A stretch of DNA of 62,923 nt, filler included, from Octopus bimaculoides (Eukaryota): assembly GCF_001194135.2 (NCBI RefSeq). It is 4 parts of 4 records of this genome, joined end to end, with 100 filler letters (N's around TTAATTAATTAA, not from the genome) between each part and the next. Parts side by side here need not be neighbours in the genome. Positions count along the whole stretch, not along the records: positions 1 to 25,254 come from NC_068996.1; positions 25,355 to 39,379 come from NC_068990.1; 2 more parts are not named here. One strand, written 5' to 3'. The first letter of the stretch is position 1. The number at the start of each line of letters is the position of its first letter. A program made the position numbers and the translations under genes. The notes under the pieces are model-generated. The model saw nothing but the letters and a program-made list of their open reading frames with translations, was not told the DNA's origin and did no database searches. This document shows, in pieces, positions 23,688 through 37,870 of the stretch.

Positions 23688-24945
23688 CTCTGTCTTAGAG
23701 TGAAAGGTAGATTCTATGATGCCTGTGTAGGAACAGCCATGTTACACGGCAGTGAAAATGGGTGACAACCGAGGACTTGCGTAGGCTTGAAAGAAATGAA
23801 GCTAGTATGCTACGCTGGATGTATAATGGCAGTGTGCTTGCCCGACAGAATGTAAGCGTCTTGAGAGAAGAGTTCGACATAAGAGGCATCACATGTCGTG
23901 TACAAGACAAATGACTACGCTGGTATGGTCATGCGATGCGTATGGACGAGGACAGCTGTGTGGAGAAGTGCCGAACTTTAACTGTGAAGGGAATCTGTAG
24001 AAGAAGTAGACCCAGGAAGACATGGGACGAGGTGGTGGAGCATGATCTTCGAACGTTGGGCCTCACGGAGGCAATGACTAGTGACCGAGACCTTTGGTGA
24101 TATCGTTCGAAGCTAAATGAAATCGTAGTTGTGACCGATGCCAGCATCGCGCGTTACTGGCATGTAAAAAGCACCCCCGGATATTGGGCGATATTCCGTG
24201 CTGGAGAAGATCTGCCAAACCGTGGCCGATGTCAGTGTCATGTTACTGGCACGTAAAAAGCACCCCCAAATATTGGGCGTTATGTCGCGCTTGAGAAGAC
24301 CCGTCAAGCCAAGTGAAATCATAGTCGTGGCTGATGCCAGTGTCACGTAACTTCCACCCGTGCCGGTGGCACATAAAAAGCACCGTTGGAACGTTGGGCC
24401 ACATGGAAGCAGTGACAAATTACCAAGACCTTTGGCAATGTATCGTGCTTGAAAGGCGGCGAGCTGGCTGAAACGTTAGCACGCCGGGCGTAATGCTTAG
24501 CGGTGTTTCGTCTGCCGTGACGTTCTGAGTTCAAATTCCGCCGAGGTCGACTTTGCCTTTCATTCTTTCGGGATCGATAAATTAAGTAGCAGTTGCGTAC
24601 CGGAGTCGATCTAATCGACTGGCCCCCTCCCCAAAAATTTCGGGCCTTGTGCCTAGAGTTGAAAAGAATATACCGTGCTTGAGAAAACCTGTCAAGCCAA
24701 GTGAGATCATAGTCGTGGCCGATGCCAGTGTTGCGCAACTGGCACCCATGCCAGTGGCACGTAAAAAGCACCCTTTACACTTTTGGAGTGGTTGGTGTTA
24801 GGAAGGGCATCCAGTTGTAGAAACCATACCAAATCAATTGGAATCTGGTGCAGCTCCCCAGCTTGTCAGTTTTCAGTTAAACCGTCTGACCCATGACAGC
24901 ATGGAAAACGACATTAAATGATGATGATGATGATGATGATGATAT
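23688..24945 (+). mobile_element. RTE LINE 3' end with repetitive 3'UTR and (GAT)n tail
   Basis: SLRVKGRFYDACVGTAMLHGSE...LRWYGHAMRM...RPRKTWDEVV..DLRTLGL; four copies of a gatgccag..ggcacgtaaaaagcacc unit; ends in (ATG)n. Confidence 0.9.
24454..24670 (+). mobile_element. tRNA-derived SINE, family B, nested in the RTE 3'UTR
   Basis: AGGCGGCGAGCTGGC head and GAGTTCAAATTCC B box; about 12-bp TSD tatcgtgcttga (24441-24452) / taccgtgcttga (24671-24682). Confidence 0.9.
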
Positions 24946-25206
24946 TCCGTTCACTAACGGTCTTGTCTTGAGCCCGTCTCGTTTTGTTATGCTTTGGTCC
25001 CATTCCTGGCAAGTTTCTTGACGATGCCTCCAGAGTGGAAACAATATTATGGATAATGGCCAAAATTGCGCTTGACCCTTTGGCTGATGAACTGAAAAGG
25101 GGTTGGTGACTGTTTTCTGTGTTTTCTGTTCGTCGGTGTATTTAGTATATGTTCGTATTTTTATTTACTACACGTTTTTTCTTAAATTATACATACATAC
25201 ATACAT

Positions 25207-25254
<48 letters not shown>

Positions 25255-25629
25255 NNNNNNNNNNNNNNNNNNNNNNNNNNNNNNNNNNNNNNNNNNNNTT
25301 AATTAATTAANNNNNNNNNNNNNNNNNNNNNNNNNNNNNNNNNNNNNNNNNNNNGCATCTGAAGCCTCGGGAAATGCTTGTCAAAAGAACAAGACAAGCG
25401 TTCCAAAATTATGTTTCTCGACATTTTTCAAATGTCAAGAAGGAAATTTTTGTATTTTGCTAGGGCCGAAACTGCCCCTGGGGGTCAATTCCTGCCCTTG
25501 AAAATACACACAAATGAAGCCTAGGTGCTTCGCAACAAAATTATTAAAAAATTCCAACAAAATGTGGACAGTAAAAGGTCAAATAAACGTTTACCTTCGC
25601 AGCCGATGTGACAGCACGTCCGTGAGAAG

Positions 25630-25686
<57 letters not shown>

Positions 25687-25989
25687 TGCACCCTCAGGAG
25701 TCGTACCAAAGAAAGACCGTATAATATAGCGGAATATATATATATTTTTTGTCTCAAGCCTTTTCTTAAGCCGTGTCGAGGATACTGATAGAATGTACCC
25801 AGGGTAGATTACAATCACGATGTTACAAGATCAAATCCATTACAATTCCGGGTATATTCAAATACCCTGGTTTTATATTCACTGCATTGATGCTTTCTTC
25901 TGCAAAACGAGACTATATTAATGATTCAGAAACAATTTTTGAACGTCATTGTTGTTTGAATTTATGGAAGCATTCCATATGGTGGAGGT

Positions 25990-27223
25990 AGTTGAAGAGT
26001 TTGTTGTTGTTGTTGGTGGTGGTGGAGCTGTCGTCGGTAGTTAAGGATGGTAATGATGGTATCGGTGNNNNNNNNNNGGAGCTGTCGTCGGTAGTTAAGG
26101 ATGGTAATGATGGTATCGGTGGTACTAATTTTGATGGTGGTAGCTGTGATGTTAATGCATATTAGTGGTAGTATTGTTGTGGTGGTTGTGGTGTCAGCAG
26201 TACTTTTAGTAGTATTGGTGCAGATGGTGATCGGTGATGGTACAATGATGGTAGAAGTGGCAGTGTTGATAAAGGAGTTAGTTGTAATGGTACTAGTGGT
26301 GATGGTTGTGGTAGAGCTAGTGCTGATAATGATGATGGTGGCGGAGGTAGTAGTAGTGGTGGTGATGAAAGTAATATCGATGATGGTGGCAACGGAGGGT
26401 GGTGGAGGATAGTGACAATCGAGGGATGGTGGTGGTGGTGGTGGTAGATAATGAGGGTGGTGGAGGATAGTGATAATCGAGGGATAGTGTTGGTGGTGGT
26501 GGTGGTGGTGGTGGTGGTAGTGGTGGTAGTAATAGTAGTAGTGTGAGTAGAGACAGTTCTTGCTATGATAATACTGTTATTACAGGGATGGGGAAGAGAG
26601 TAAAGATTACGTTGGTGTTTAACTTAATGATGATGTCCATGATGATTGTAATGGAGGCGGTGGTGGTAGTAGTGGTGGTTGTAACAAAATAAGTAGTAGC
26701 TAAAAAATAGTATTGCTTACGCTATACATGATAGTGATGGCTCTAGTTGTGGTTGTTATAATGGTGGTAAGGGTTATAGTAGTATAATGATGGTTGTGAT
26801 GATTGTTGTGGTGTTGGTGGTGGTGGTGGGTATAATGGGGATGTGAAGAGAACAGATAAAGTGTTAGTTTTACTACGATGATGTCAGTGATAACATTGCG
26901 CTGGGGTGGAGGTGGCAGTAGTAGTAGTGATGGTAGTAGTAGTAGTAGTAGTAGTAGTGATGGTAGTAGTAGTAGTAGGGGCAGCAGCAGCAGCAGTAGT
27001 ATTAGTAGTAGTAGTAGTAGTAGTGATGGTAGTAGTAGTTGTAGTAGTAGTAGTAGTAGTAGTAATAGTTGTAATTGTGCTAGTGGTGCTGGTAGTTGCG
27101 GTGGTGGTGGTTGTGGTGGTGGTGGTGGTGGTGGTGGTGGCGGTGGCAGTTTTGTGATGGAGTGGAGAAGAGACGGAGAGTGGTCTGTATAGACGGCAGT
27201 GGTCGTCATCGTCGTCATTGTCC

Positions 27224-27305
<82 letters not shown>

Positions 27306-27330
27306 GGTGGTGGTGGTGGTGGTGGAGATA
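25990..27330. repeat. Mixed trinucleotide repeat field (GGT/GTA/GAT/GTT)
   Basis: Directly visible; produces the poly-V, S, T, N and C ORFs. Confidence 0.95.
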
Positions 27331-27774
27331 GTACTGGTGTCTGTCGCTCCAAAGATGAAAGTCACTACTTACATGCGAGAGGATTTTAAACAAAAGCTGT
27401 TCTATGAACAACGGGATTATGTATTTTAATAGCGTCAGTAATATTAGAAGATGGTAAGGGGAGATTATGGTGTGTGGTGAGTGGTCAACTGATGGTCAGA
27501 ACAATACTTCGGCCATAATACTCAGCGTCACTGGACATTATCCATCTATTTTCCTTTGTTCTCATTCAATTCTTATTCATTTTTTCCTTTTCCTCTTTTT
27601 TTTTTTTCAAAGAAAGAAATATTATTATTGTTTTTTTTTTACTGCCCTTTCTCCATAATGTTGTCTCGCATTATTGAATCTTATCCACAACTTCTGCCCC
27701 ACCATCCCCATCTCTCTCACCACTCCCTCTGTTCTCGCTGTCTCTCCCTCCCCATCTCTTTCTCTCTCTCTCTC

Positions 27775-27821
<47 letters not shown>

Positions 27822-28245
27822 CTCTCTCTTTTATGTCATTTCCGCACTGTTTCATTAGCTGTTTTTTTTTTTACTTCTCAATCTGTCTATGTTTCCTATC
27901 TATACATATACATACACACGGCGCATACACACACATAAACGAACGTATACATATACGCATGCATACACACATACCCATGTACTCACACATGAATACATAT
28001 TTGTTTGGATGAGTGGGTATGAATGTGCATGTATACAAATGTATGTATGTATATATGTATGTATATATGTAAATACGTACGACCATCTATCTATCTATCT
28101 ATCTACAAAATACATACATTTACACATATATATGCGTCTGTATATGTGAGTGTACAACTGTACGTATCAAAGCATCAATGCATAAATAAGCGTATGTATG
28201 TGTGACGTAATTATGCGCACATATATACATACATCCATACATACG

Positions 28246-28295
<50 letters not shown>

Positions 28296-28309
28296 GTCTG
28301 TATACCAAA

Positions 28310-28350
<41 letters not shown>

Positions 28351-28561
28351 TATTGATACTTAAACATATAAACACACACACATTTATATACCGTATTGCA
28401 CTCGTATACATGTAAAATCACCAATTCGAGATCGGAAAAGAACAATAAACAGATTTATAACAATAGAACTCAGTACGTCCTGGTTACAATGTTTAGAAAG
28501 ATTTCCAAATATATAAAGTTTTAATAAAACCTTATTATTATTATCATTATCATTATTATTA

Positions 28562-28592
<31 letters not shown>

Positions 28593-28599
28593 GCACTCT

Positions 28600-28820
28600 A
28601 AAGCGGCGAGCCTGCAGAATTGTTAAGCCAGTCGGATAAAATGCCTAGCTGCATTTCTTTCGGTTCTTTCAATTCTTATTTCAAATTCCGTCGCGATGGA
28701 CTGTACCACTCATCCCTTTCAGTGCTCAATAAAATAAATACCAGTTGAGTATTGGGGTCGATGTAATCGACAATGTCTTCTACAATTTTGAGTCTTGTGC
28801 CTATTAGAAAAACAATTATT
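28600..28820 (+). mobile_element. SINE family B, diverged copy
   Basis: Homologous to 24454-24670. Confidence 0.75.
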
Positions 28821-30039
28821 ATATTTCTCTTTGATGTTGTACGCTATTGATATTTTTGCAGTTAATTCTCATATAAGACATATCACAAAATCAGAAGATA
28901 TAATTCAGCATTGTATTCTGCAATATTTAGTTATTCGCCTTTACACTCTGAGTGCAAATCCATCGGAGGTCGATTCAACTGAACATTATTCAATCAAGTT
29001 CTCTCTGCAAAATATATAATAGACGATAATAATAAATTCTGGATATATACATTCATGTACACACATATTGATGTATATAAGTATGTGTATCAGTGAATGC
29101 ATGCATAAGATAGATGCATATATACAACTTATGTAATCAATAATGTATATATATGCTAATATCTTTTGCAGGTCGCATTACTTGCAAGGAACAATAGCAA
29201 TATTAACCCTCAAATAATTCCCTACAATTTTGGGAAAGGAAAAACAGTTTGGACAATATATGAATTCCTTGAAATACAAAGAAACAGGATGGTCACGGCT
29301 TGAATGGATTTGAGAATAAGTTTATTCGATCAGAGCTGAACAACATCAACTAGAACAGTAGCAATATCAGAAAAAAATCCTTTTCTCGTTAGTTGTTGTT
29401 GGATTAGAATAAAAACTCAAGTTATTGGGACTGAGTTGCAGTAACTTCTATTAAATTCACGCACACACATCTGTATGTATATAATACACACACATACACG
29501 TACAGTAAAACCTGTTCTCAATGCACCATTCAAAGTTGTTTCTTTACTTTGATAATTTTAATGTACGGTACACCAATTTCAACATGTAGTTATAGCCTCG
29601 CTGAGAAAAAGTATGACAGGTAACACCTATGGCCATATCACTTTATTTATTTTTCATGGCCGAGTATAATTACATTCTTATTAAATGTGGTAAACCTTAC
29701 ATAGCAAATAATCCACAAAACAACGGTATTATTAAAGAGTGAATTTACCCAGGGTGTCAGAGAGAACCCAGCTGCACAAATTTGACTGACCAGTGTGGCT
29801 TAATTGCTTTAAGTCACTAATTTCTTTGTGGACAGTAGGTGGGTATGTTTTCTCTACTGAATGGTTACATAGATTAAAAACAATGAGACTGGTTGTAATT
29901 TTCGTCAACGGAGAGGCAAGTAATATATTTTGTGCTTATAGACATATTGAAACATATACATAGACTTCACATTACCCGAAGTAAGGCTTAAATAATCCAC
30001 ATTCTCAGCGAATGGACTGTTAAGCAAATCAGACAGATC

Positions 30040-30120
30040 CAGTTTACTTAGTTTCACTCTGTGTGCTTTAGCCTCGTTACTATGGCAATAGTCCGGACAC
30101 TTATTGATCAGACCACGTAC
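30040..30120. mobile_element. Mariner-type terminal fragment
   Basis: Reverse complement TA-CGTGGTCTGATCAATAAGTGTCCGGACTAT resembles mariner TIRs; no partner end found. Confidence 0.55.
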
Positions 30121-30566
30121 TTCTGTACTGCTCCCTAGTGGAATGCACTCCACGGTGCAGAAGAAACCTCATCAGGTGACAAAGCAGGCTTCTAAGTTAT
30201 AAAATTTATATTTCGCTCATAGCTGTAGCTGGATGATGTTGTTGATATTGGTGTTTTGGTAGTAGATTAACTGTGGGATCAGTGCAGAAGTATGCCGAAA
30301 CGATCGTTGTGATAAATGACGTATTCAGTACACCCTGTCTTCTGTATCAGTTATTTAGAGTATACTCAACGTGCACCGAAGAATTCCTAAAGTAAATCCA
30401 ACAACCAAAATCCATTTACCGTGGATGACGCCTGGTAGCCGTAGGTGGTGAACGTGCTCTGCCGGCACATTAATAGGGAATATCCAGAATAAGGCTTGGA
30501 TGGTAAATTTTAAAATTTCAAATCTATACTTTAATTTTAATTATAACTTATAAATAAATATATACA

Positions 30567-30970
30567 GAGATGAGTAGCTGTGTGGTAAGTAGCTTGCTTA
30601 CGAACCACATGGTTCCGGGTTCAGTCCCACTGCGTGGCAACTTGGGCAAGTGTCTTCTACTATAACCTCGGGCCGACCAAAGCCTTGTGAGTGGATTTGG
30701 TAGACGGAAACTGAAAGAAGCCCGTCGTATATATGTATATATATATATATATGTGTGTGTTTGTGTGTCTGTATTTGTCCCCCCACCGTCGCTTGACAAC
30801 CGATGCTGGTGTATTTACGTCGCCGTAACTTAGCGGTTTGGCAAAAGAGACCGATAGAATAAGTACTCGGCTTACAAAGAGTAAGTCCCGGGGTCGATTT
30901 TCTCGACTAAAGGTGGTGCTCCAGCATGGCCGCAGTCAAATGACTGAAACAAGTAAAAGAGTAAAAAGAG
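30567..30970 (+). mobile_element. SINE family A, full length
   Basis: Head, internal microsatellite, right arm and GTAAAAGA tail, as in other copies. Confidence 0.92.
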
Positions 30971-30987
30971 AGAGAGAGAAAGAAAGA

Positions 30988-31025
<38 letters not shown>

Positions 31026-31898
31026 TAGAGAAAGAGAGAGAGTGAAGCTATTAGAGAACTATGCTGCATTTATACGACATAACCTACTTACCGCTAGTTG
31101 ACCAGAGGAAGTCGTAAGTTCAATTTTCTTTTTCATTTGTGGCAACAGAACCTTGGACCCTATGGAAGGGAAAGGACATCAAGCAGTGAAACATTTAACA
31201 TCAGACAAAGATGACAGACACACTTAGCCATTCATCAAAAAACATCTCTTCCATCTTTTTTTTCTTGTATTTAAAGGGGTTAAAATTTCACAGTAGAATA
31301 ACTATAGTTTAATAAGCTGCTGATCATTTAATTATAGAAAATAAAACAATAAATAAATATTTAAATATATATGTAATTAAATAAAAACAAAACAAAATTG
31401 TTTAAAGTGTAACACACACATACATACACATACGCACAAAAAAAAAACCCATCAGCCTAAAAAGGAAAAAGAAATATAAAATGATTGCAAGCGTGATGTG
31501 AGTAGGTCGGACAAAAGTCTACTTAGTTTTTTGATTGGCTAAAAAAAAATAATAATAACAAACGAAATAAAATAATAATTCTAATAATAACAATACGTAA
31601 ATAATCAAATAAAATTTTAATTTTACGTTGAAAAATACAAGCTAAAACATCCACTTGGCGTTTTGAGTGATGTTCTGATGTTTCGGCTCTGTTCAAACCG
31701 AATTAAATTCCAATTAAGTATAGAGATACGTTATCAGACTTTTGCTCAATTAAATTTGTCAGCATTACACATACTCAGATAGTTGCACATACACATACAC
31801 TCAAGTACACCCATAAAGATATATATATACGCATACATACATTCAAACACGCATGTGTACAGATACAAATATGTGTACTTAAGGGTGCGTGTGTATAT

Positions 31899-31969
<71 letters not shown>

Positions 31970-32220
31970 GTATGTATGTATATATATATATATGTATGTA
32001 TATGTATGTATGTATGTATGTGCGTATAGATATAAACGAAAATATCAATACCATTATATATATTTGGTATTGATATTTGTATATATATGCATATATATAT
32101 ATGTGTGCATATATGCATATATAATGATATACATATGTTTATATACATATCCGTATATACGCATATGTATGTATGTGTATGTATATATGTAATTCATAAG
32201 CATATATATATATGTATATA

Positions 32221-32321
<101 letters not shown>

Positions 32322-32473
32322 TCTGACGCGTGTTTGCGTGTCTCTTCCTATATATATAAATACTCCTTATATGTAAATAAGTTTAATTTTATTATACTAA
32401 CATTACGTATTTTCTTCCATTTTCTATGGGCCTAAATAAACCTTCTGTCACATATATAGATACACATACATAC

Positions 32474-32508
<35 letters not shown>

Positions 32509-33457
32509 CATACATGCATAGATACATTCATACATACATGCATATGTATATATATATGTGTATATATGAAATATACGTATCAACACACACTTATATATAT
32601 ATNNNNNNNNNNNNNNNNNNNNNNNNNNNNNNNNNNNNNNNNNNNNNNNNNNNNNNNNNNNNNNNNNNNNNNNNNNNNNNNNNNNNNNNNNNNNNNNNNN
32701 NNNNNNNNNNNNNNNNNNNNNNNNNNNNNNNNNNNNNNNNNNNNNNNNNNNNNNNNNNNNNNNNNNNNNNNNNNNNNNNNNNNNNNNNNNNNNNNNNNNN
32801 NNNNNNNNNNNNNNNNNNNNNNNNNNNNNNNNNNNNNNNNNNNNNNNNNNNNNNNNNNNNNNNNNNNNNNNNNNNNNNNNNNNNNNNNNNNNNNNNNNNN
32901 NNNNNNNNNNNNNNNNNNNNNNNNNNNNNNNNNNNNNNNNNNNNNNNNNNNNNNNNNNNNNNNNNNNNNNNNNNNNNNNNNNNNNNNNNNNNNNNNNNNN
33001 NNNNNNNNNNNNNNNNNNNNNNNNNNNNNNNNNNNNNNNNNNNNNNNNNNNNNNNNNNNNNNNNNNNNNNNNNNNNNNNNNNNNNNNNNNNNNNNNNNNN
33101 NNNNNNNNNNNNNNNNNNNNNNNNNNNNNNNNNNNNNNNNNNNNNNNNNNNNNNNNNNNNNNNNNNNNNNNNNNNNNNNNNNNNNNNNNNNNNNNNNNNN
33201 NNNNNNNNNNNNNNNNNNNNNNNNNNNNNNNNNNNNNNNNNNNNNNNNNNNNNNNNNNNNNNNNNNNNNNNNNNNNNNNNNNNNNNNNNNNNNNNNNNNN
33301 NNNNNNNNNNNNNNNNNNNNNNNNNNNNNNNNNNNNNNNNNNNNNNNNNNNNNNNNNNNNNNNNNNNNNNNNNNNNNNNNNNNNNNNNNNNNNNNNNNNN
33401 NNNNNNNNNNNNNNNNNNNNNNNNNNNNNNNNNNNNNNACATACATGTTTGTATGTA

Positions 33458-34187
33458 TGGGGTCTTTTCTGTTTGACTGCATCTGTAGAAGTTTTAATGT
33501 TTAGTGAAAATTTTTTAATTTGGTGTATAGATGTAATTATCCACGCTGAATCTCAGGAGATAATCCACTTATTTCAGAAAAAAAAAAAAAAAAGTTACAG
33601 TGGCTTAAATTTTGATAATTTTTACCCAGTCAGAAAATAGGATTTGGAAGCTGTCATTTTGTGCGTAATAGCACGTGTTGCCAAGTGGAGACACATGAAA
33701 TATTGGCGGAATTTTGATTTACGCACGCCATATAACCCCTCATAATTTATTCATTTTTTGGAATTTTAATAAAAATTTTGCGAATTTATATTCTACATAC
33801 AAGAATTCATAGGGTTATAGAAACCACTTCTACAAAAAAAAAACAAAAAAAAACGAGTTGTATTTAAGGCATATTTAGCTGCTATTTTTAGCACATCTCA
33901 TATCACATGTGCTTTAAGCATTTAATAAGTAACAAAAAGAACATGTGGTAAGCAGCTTAGAAACAGCTTGTCTTGTTACTATAGAAACAGGCACCTATTT
34001 GTCTGCGGCTTTCGATTATCCAAAATTTGCAAACTTTAAAAGTTAACTCTTTATTTATTGATTTCTGGCGAAAATGAATTTCATGACAATGATTACTTTA
34101 GAAAACTACACAAATACGCCAAGTATGAAGTTAATTGGAACAAAAATTTAAGAAACTGAAACACGGTAGCCAAACAGAAAAGATCCA
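33458..34187. mobile_element. Tc1/mariner-superfamily MITE (about 730 bp)
   Basis: Termini TGGGGTCTTTTCTGTTTGACTGC and GTAGCCAAACAGAAAAGATCCA are inverted repeats; TA on both sides (33456-33457, 34188-34189). Confidence 0.8.
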
Positions 34188-35843
34188 TATGTATGTAAAT
34201 CAACATCAGCATCATGCACTGGTGAGAAATAAACGAACTTTGGGTTAGTTAAAATATGATGTATTTGTGACATACTTTAACTTCAAAGGATACCATTGAG
34301 AATGGTTAAAAAGCCAGAAACGCATCTTAGAATCGATTCGGAGGAAGCACTGGGCAGATATGTTGTTTTTACACATTTTGGAACGAGAGAGAATTCTTTC
34401 ACCACTGTAACTGCAGTGAATTTGCCTTTAAGAGTTAAATATACCACAGACATTTCTCATGTAACCTAAAGTTCATATAGATATTTATATATACACATAT
34501 ACTCATGCACATTTATATCCCCCCACATTTTTCTCTCAATTAAAGACTGTACTCAGTTCTTTTCATTTCCCGAAAACTCGTCAGCTTCACACACACTAAT
34601 ATCTCATGAATTCTCTTGCCTTCTCTCAAACACTTCCTCATTCTCTCATTCTGCATACATTTATTATTTAATCACGTTACGTCTCTAATTTCCTCTCAAA
34701 ATTTCTGAGCCCTGTACTTCGTTTCTCACATCTTCTCTCTTACTCGCGATATATCTATCTTTCTCATTCATTTGCTTTCTTTTCATTCCTCTCTATATTT
34801 GTTTGATTACATGACTACTTGTCACACAAAGTGCTGAGTAACGAATATATGATTCTTTTCTCTCTCCGACATCTATGTGTTTAACGAAATAATCTACCTC
34901 CTTTTTTTTTTATAACACTTTCATGCTCTCCCTTTCACCTACCCTAGCACAGCTAATGGCATCCCTACCAACATCAGAAAAAGAAGGAAACTAACCAGCA
35001 AAACAAAACTTGAGGCGCGTTTTAGTGTTTTATAAACCAAGATTTATAAATAATTTATAATTACACATGTTCTTCGCGCATATGTATCAAGTCTAAAAGC
35101 CAGGTTTTATTGTATTACATATATGTGTGTGTATGTATATATATNNNNNNNNNNNNNNNNNNNNNNNNNNNNNNNNNNNNNNNNNNNNNNNNNNNNNNNN
35201 NNNNNNNNNNNNNNNNNNNNNNNNNNNNNNNNNNNNNNNNNNNNNNNNNNNNNNNNNNNNNNNNNNNNNNNNNNNNNNNNNNNNNNNNNNNNNNNNNNNN
35301 NNNNNNNNNNNNNNNNNNNNNNNNNNNNNNNATATACATATATATATATATATATATTATAATTAAGATTCGATTGAATTAGGTACTTATATTGCGGCAC
35401 CTTGCTTGGTCGATCTAATTTGTACAACAGACCAATATCAGGTGGATATCAAACTCTGTGCAGAAATGTTTGCACTAGATATTCTTGCAGTGTATGCAGA
35501 CAACACGGCTCAACTTACTGAAAAGATCCGCTCTTGATCGTTCAGACATATGCTTTATATAAAAATACAAAAATACTGTCTATAAATTTTCCGAAGTCCA
35601 GATTCCAGGGTGGGTGAATAAAATAAAAGAATTAAGAGAAAAAAGGCGTATAGGTGTCAATTCCTGAATTTCCCGAAATATATATGCAGGGGTGGTATTT
35701 GACAAGAATATCTGAATAAAATACAACAAAATGGCGGAAAATGGAATATTCTGTACAAAATAATATACATATTAAGGTATCACATAATGTATGAAATAAA
35801 TTATAAAATTCTCTTTTCATCTACACAACTTTCCTATATAACA

Positions 35844-35912
<69 letters not shown>

Positions 35913-36449
35913 ACATGTATACAAACAGAGTAATACGACGAAATATCTTATTAAATAACGTTATTCAAGGCTACGATCATTTCAACTGGCTATAGGAACT
36001 CTTTCATCAATATACACATTCGTTGGTACAAGTAAAATTTAATAATTAAATGGTACAAGTCCATTTAATAATTAATTAGTTAATTAACCATTTTCCTGCT
36101 GGCACTCTATTACTTATAGAATGAACTTTTTACTTATCTAGTACTTTGTATATCGACCCCCGAAACGAGAAAGATATTGCTGATCCCAAAATGCAGCAAA
36201 CCTCCATAGCTTTGTATCTAGCGCATTAACTATATTCCACATCGCCAATTCGCTCACATGCACACACATACAAACATAGACAGATACACTGACACACAAA
36301 CACGGAAACACGTATGCATTACATACACATAAAAATCACCCTAAATTTGGCAGTTTGCATAAAACGGAAAAGAAAACACTACACCCCATCAGAAAATAAA
36401 AATATTCTTTAAAAGAAATTAAGCAATATCAACTAGAGTAGGGCTGAGC

Positions 36450-36595
36450 AATAACAGATTCTTCAAAGTAGCCGCCCTCAGCTTCCACCACAGGCACAAC
36501 ACAGTTCCGGAATCTAGCGAATGCGTTCCTCACTGTCTCTGGGAAGATTTTCGAACACCTTCATCATGGCTATCAGATTGGCCTTGGTGTTGCAG

Positions 36596-36597
<2 letters not shown>
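36450..36597 (-). mobile_element. Tc1/mariner transposase C-terminal remnant
   Basis: CNTKANLIAMMKVFENLPRD then, after a frameshift, AFARFRNCVVPVVEAEGGYFE, a typical transposase C-terminus. Confidence 0.75.
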
Positions 36598-36649
<52 letters not shown>

Positions 36650-36652
36650 ATT

Positions 36653-36683
<31 letters not shown>

Positions 36684-36953
36684 CTGTTTGTCCCTCCAAC
36701 ATTGCTTGACAACCGATGCTGGTGCGTTTACGTCTCTGTAATCTAGCGGTTCGGCAACAGACCNNNNNNNNNNNNNNNNNNNNNNNNNNNNNNNNNNNNN
36801 NNNNNNNNNNNNNNNNNNNNNNNNNNNNNNNNNNNNNNNNNNNNNNNNNNNNNNNNNNNNNNNNNNNNNNNNNNNNNNNNNNNNNNNNNNNNNNNNNNNN
36901 NNNNNNNNNNNNNNNNNNNNNNNNNNNNNNNNNNNNNNNNNNNNNNNNNNNNN

Positions 36954-36985
<32 letters not shown>

Positions 36986-37082
36986 AATCCAAACACGAAC
37001 AAGCAAGAAAAAACAGCAACACGAGGACGTGGAATAAGTACAGTGTTATTCGACGCTTAAGAAAGGAAAGAAAAGAAAGAGG

Positions 37083-37117
37083 ATTTCACGTTTCGAGCGG
37101 AGCTCTTCATCAGAAAT
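37083..37117 (-). ncRNA. Decayed minimal hammerhead-like motif
   Basis: ATTT-CTGATGA-A-GAGC-tcc-GCTC-GAAAC-GTG-AAAT; core intact but the cleavage triplet is GUG. Confidence 0.55.
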
Positions 37118-37836
37118 ATAGGAAAAGTCCAAAGAAGGGAAGACGGAGGGAAAGAAAATCGCCATATATATAACTCAAGAGACACAAGCATTCATTGAAC
37201 AGCTCTCCCACAAACATTCACTCACACTGGCATATACTGGCATATACATACACGTAGAATAACACATACGAATGTTTGCACGAACACGGAAAAGCATTAC
37301 AAGAAACACAAAAACACAAGCTCATACAGATGCAGTAACTGACTGACACATCTAGAAGATAAGTTCATATAGAAACGTCATCAGTGTGTGTGTGTGTGCG
37401 CGTGTATGTGAGAGAGAGAGAGAGAGAAGGAGAGAGAGAGAGAGATAGAGAGAAATTGAGGGGGAGAGAAAAAGAGAGAGAGAGAGAGAAAGAGACAGAG
37501 ACAGAGCTGGTACAACATGAACGAATTCTTGAAAGGTTGAAATGTACGCTTTGCAACTATCAGGTCCGGCGTTCGTCCATATCTTGTGAGTGGAATTTAT
37601 CACACAGTTATACTAAATCTACCTGAAAACTATGTTATGGGTATACATGTTCGTAGAAAATCAGCCGTTTTACCTGTTAAATCAGGAGCAGGTAATTCAG
37701 GTGATGAAGCGGTTGAATCGCGTTATCGATCGATGGTCATCCAATAGACACAAACACCCACACGCGAGCGCGAGCGCACTACCACACACGCTCTCACAAA
37801 TTCACACAAATACACACACATGTATAGAGAAACATT

Positions 37837-37870
<34 letters not shown>

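Noticed and set aside
25299-25310. TTAATTAATTAA island between N runs (also at 39424-39435 and about 61462-61473)
   Set aside because: An identical 12-mer isolated by gaps three times is most simply a scaffolding or linker artefact, not biology.
26016-26122. Exact direct repeats flanking 10-N gaps (also about 43540-43680 and 44922-45040)
   Set aside because: Typical of unmerged overlapping contig ends.
26101-27429. Long poly-V/S/T/N/C ORFs, and similar ORFs at 40163-41030 and 46244-46819
   Set aside because: Trinucleotide microsatellites open in several frames on both strands; no splice or codon evidence.
30297-30308. GAAACGATCGTT, the same palindromic stem III as the intact ribozyme
   Set aside because: No CUGANGA or stem II upstream; at best an unrecognisable relic.
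36460-36603. Apparent plus-strand exon ending CAG|GTATGT
   Set aside because: Better explained as a minus-strand Tc1/mariner transposase C-terminus abutting a TG repeat.
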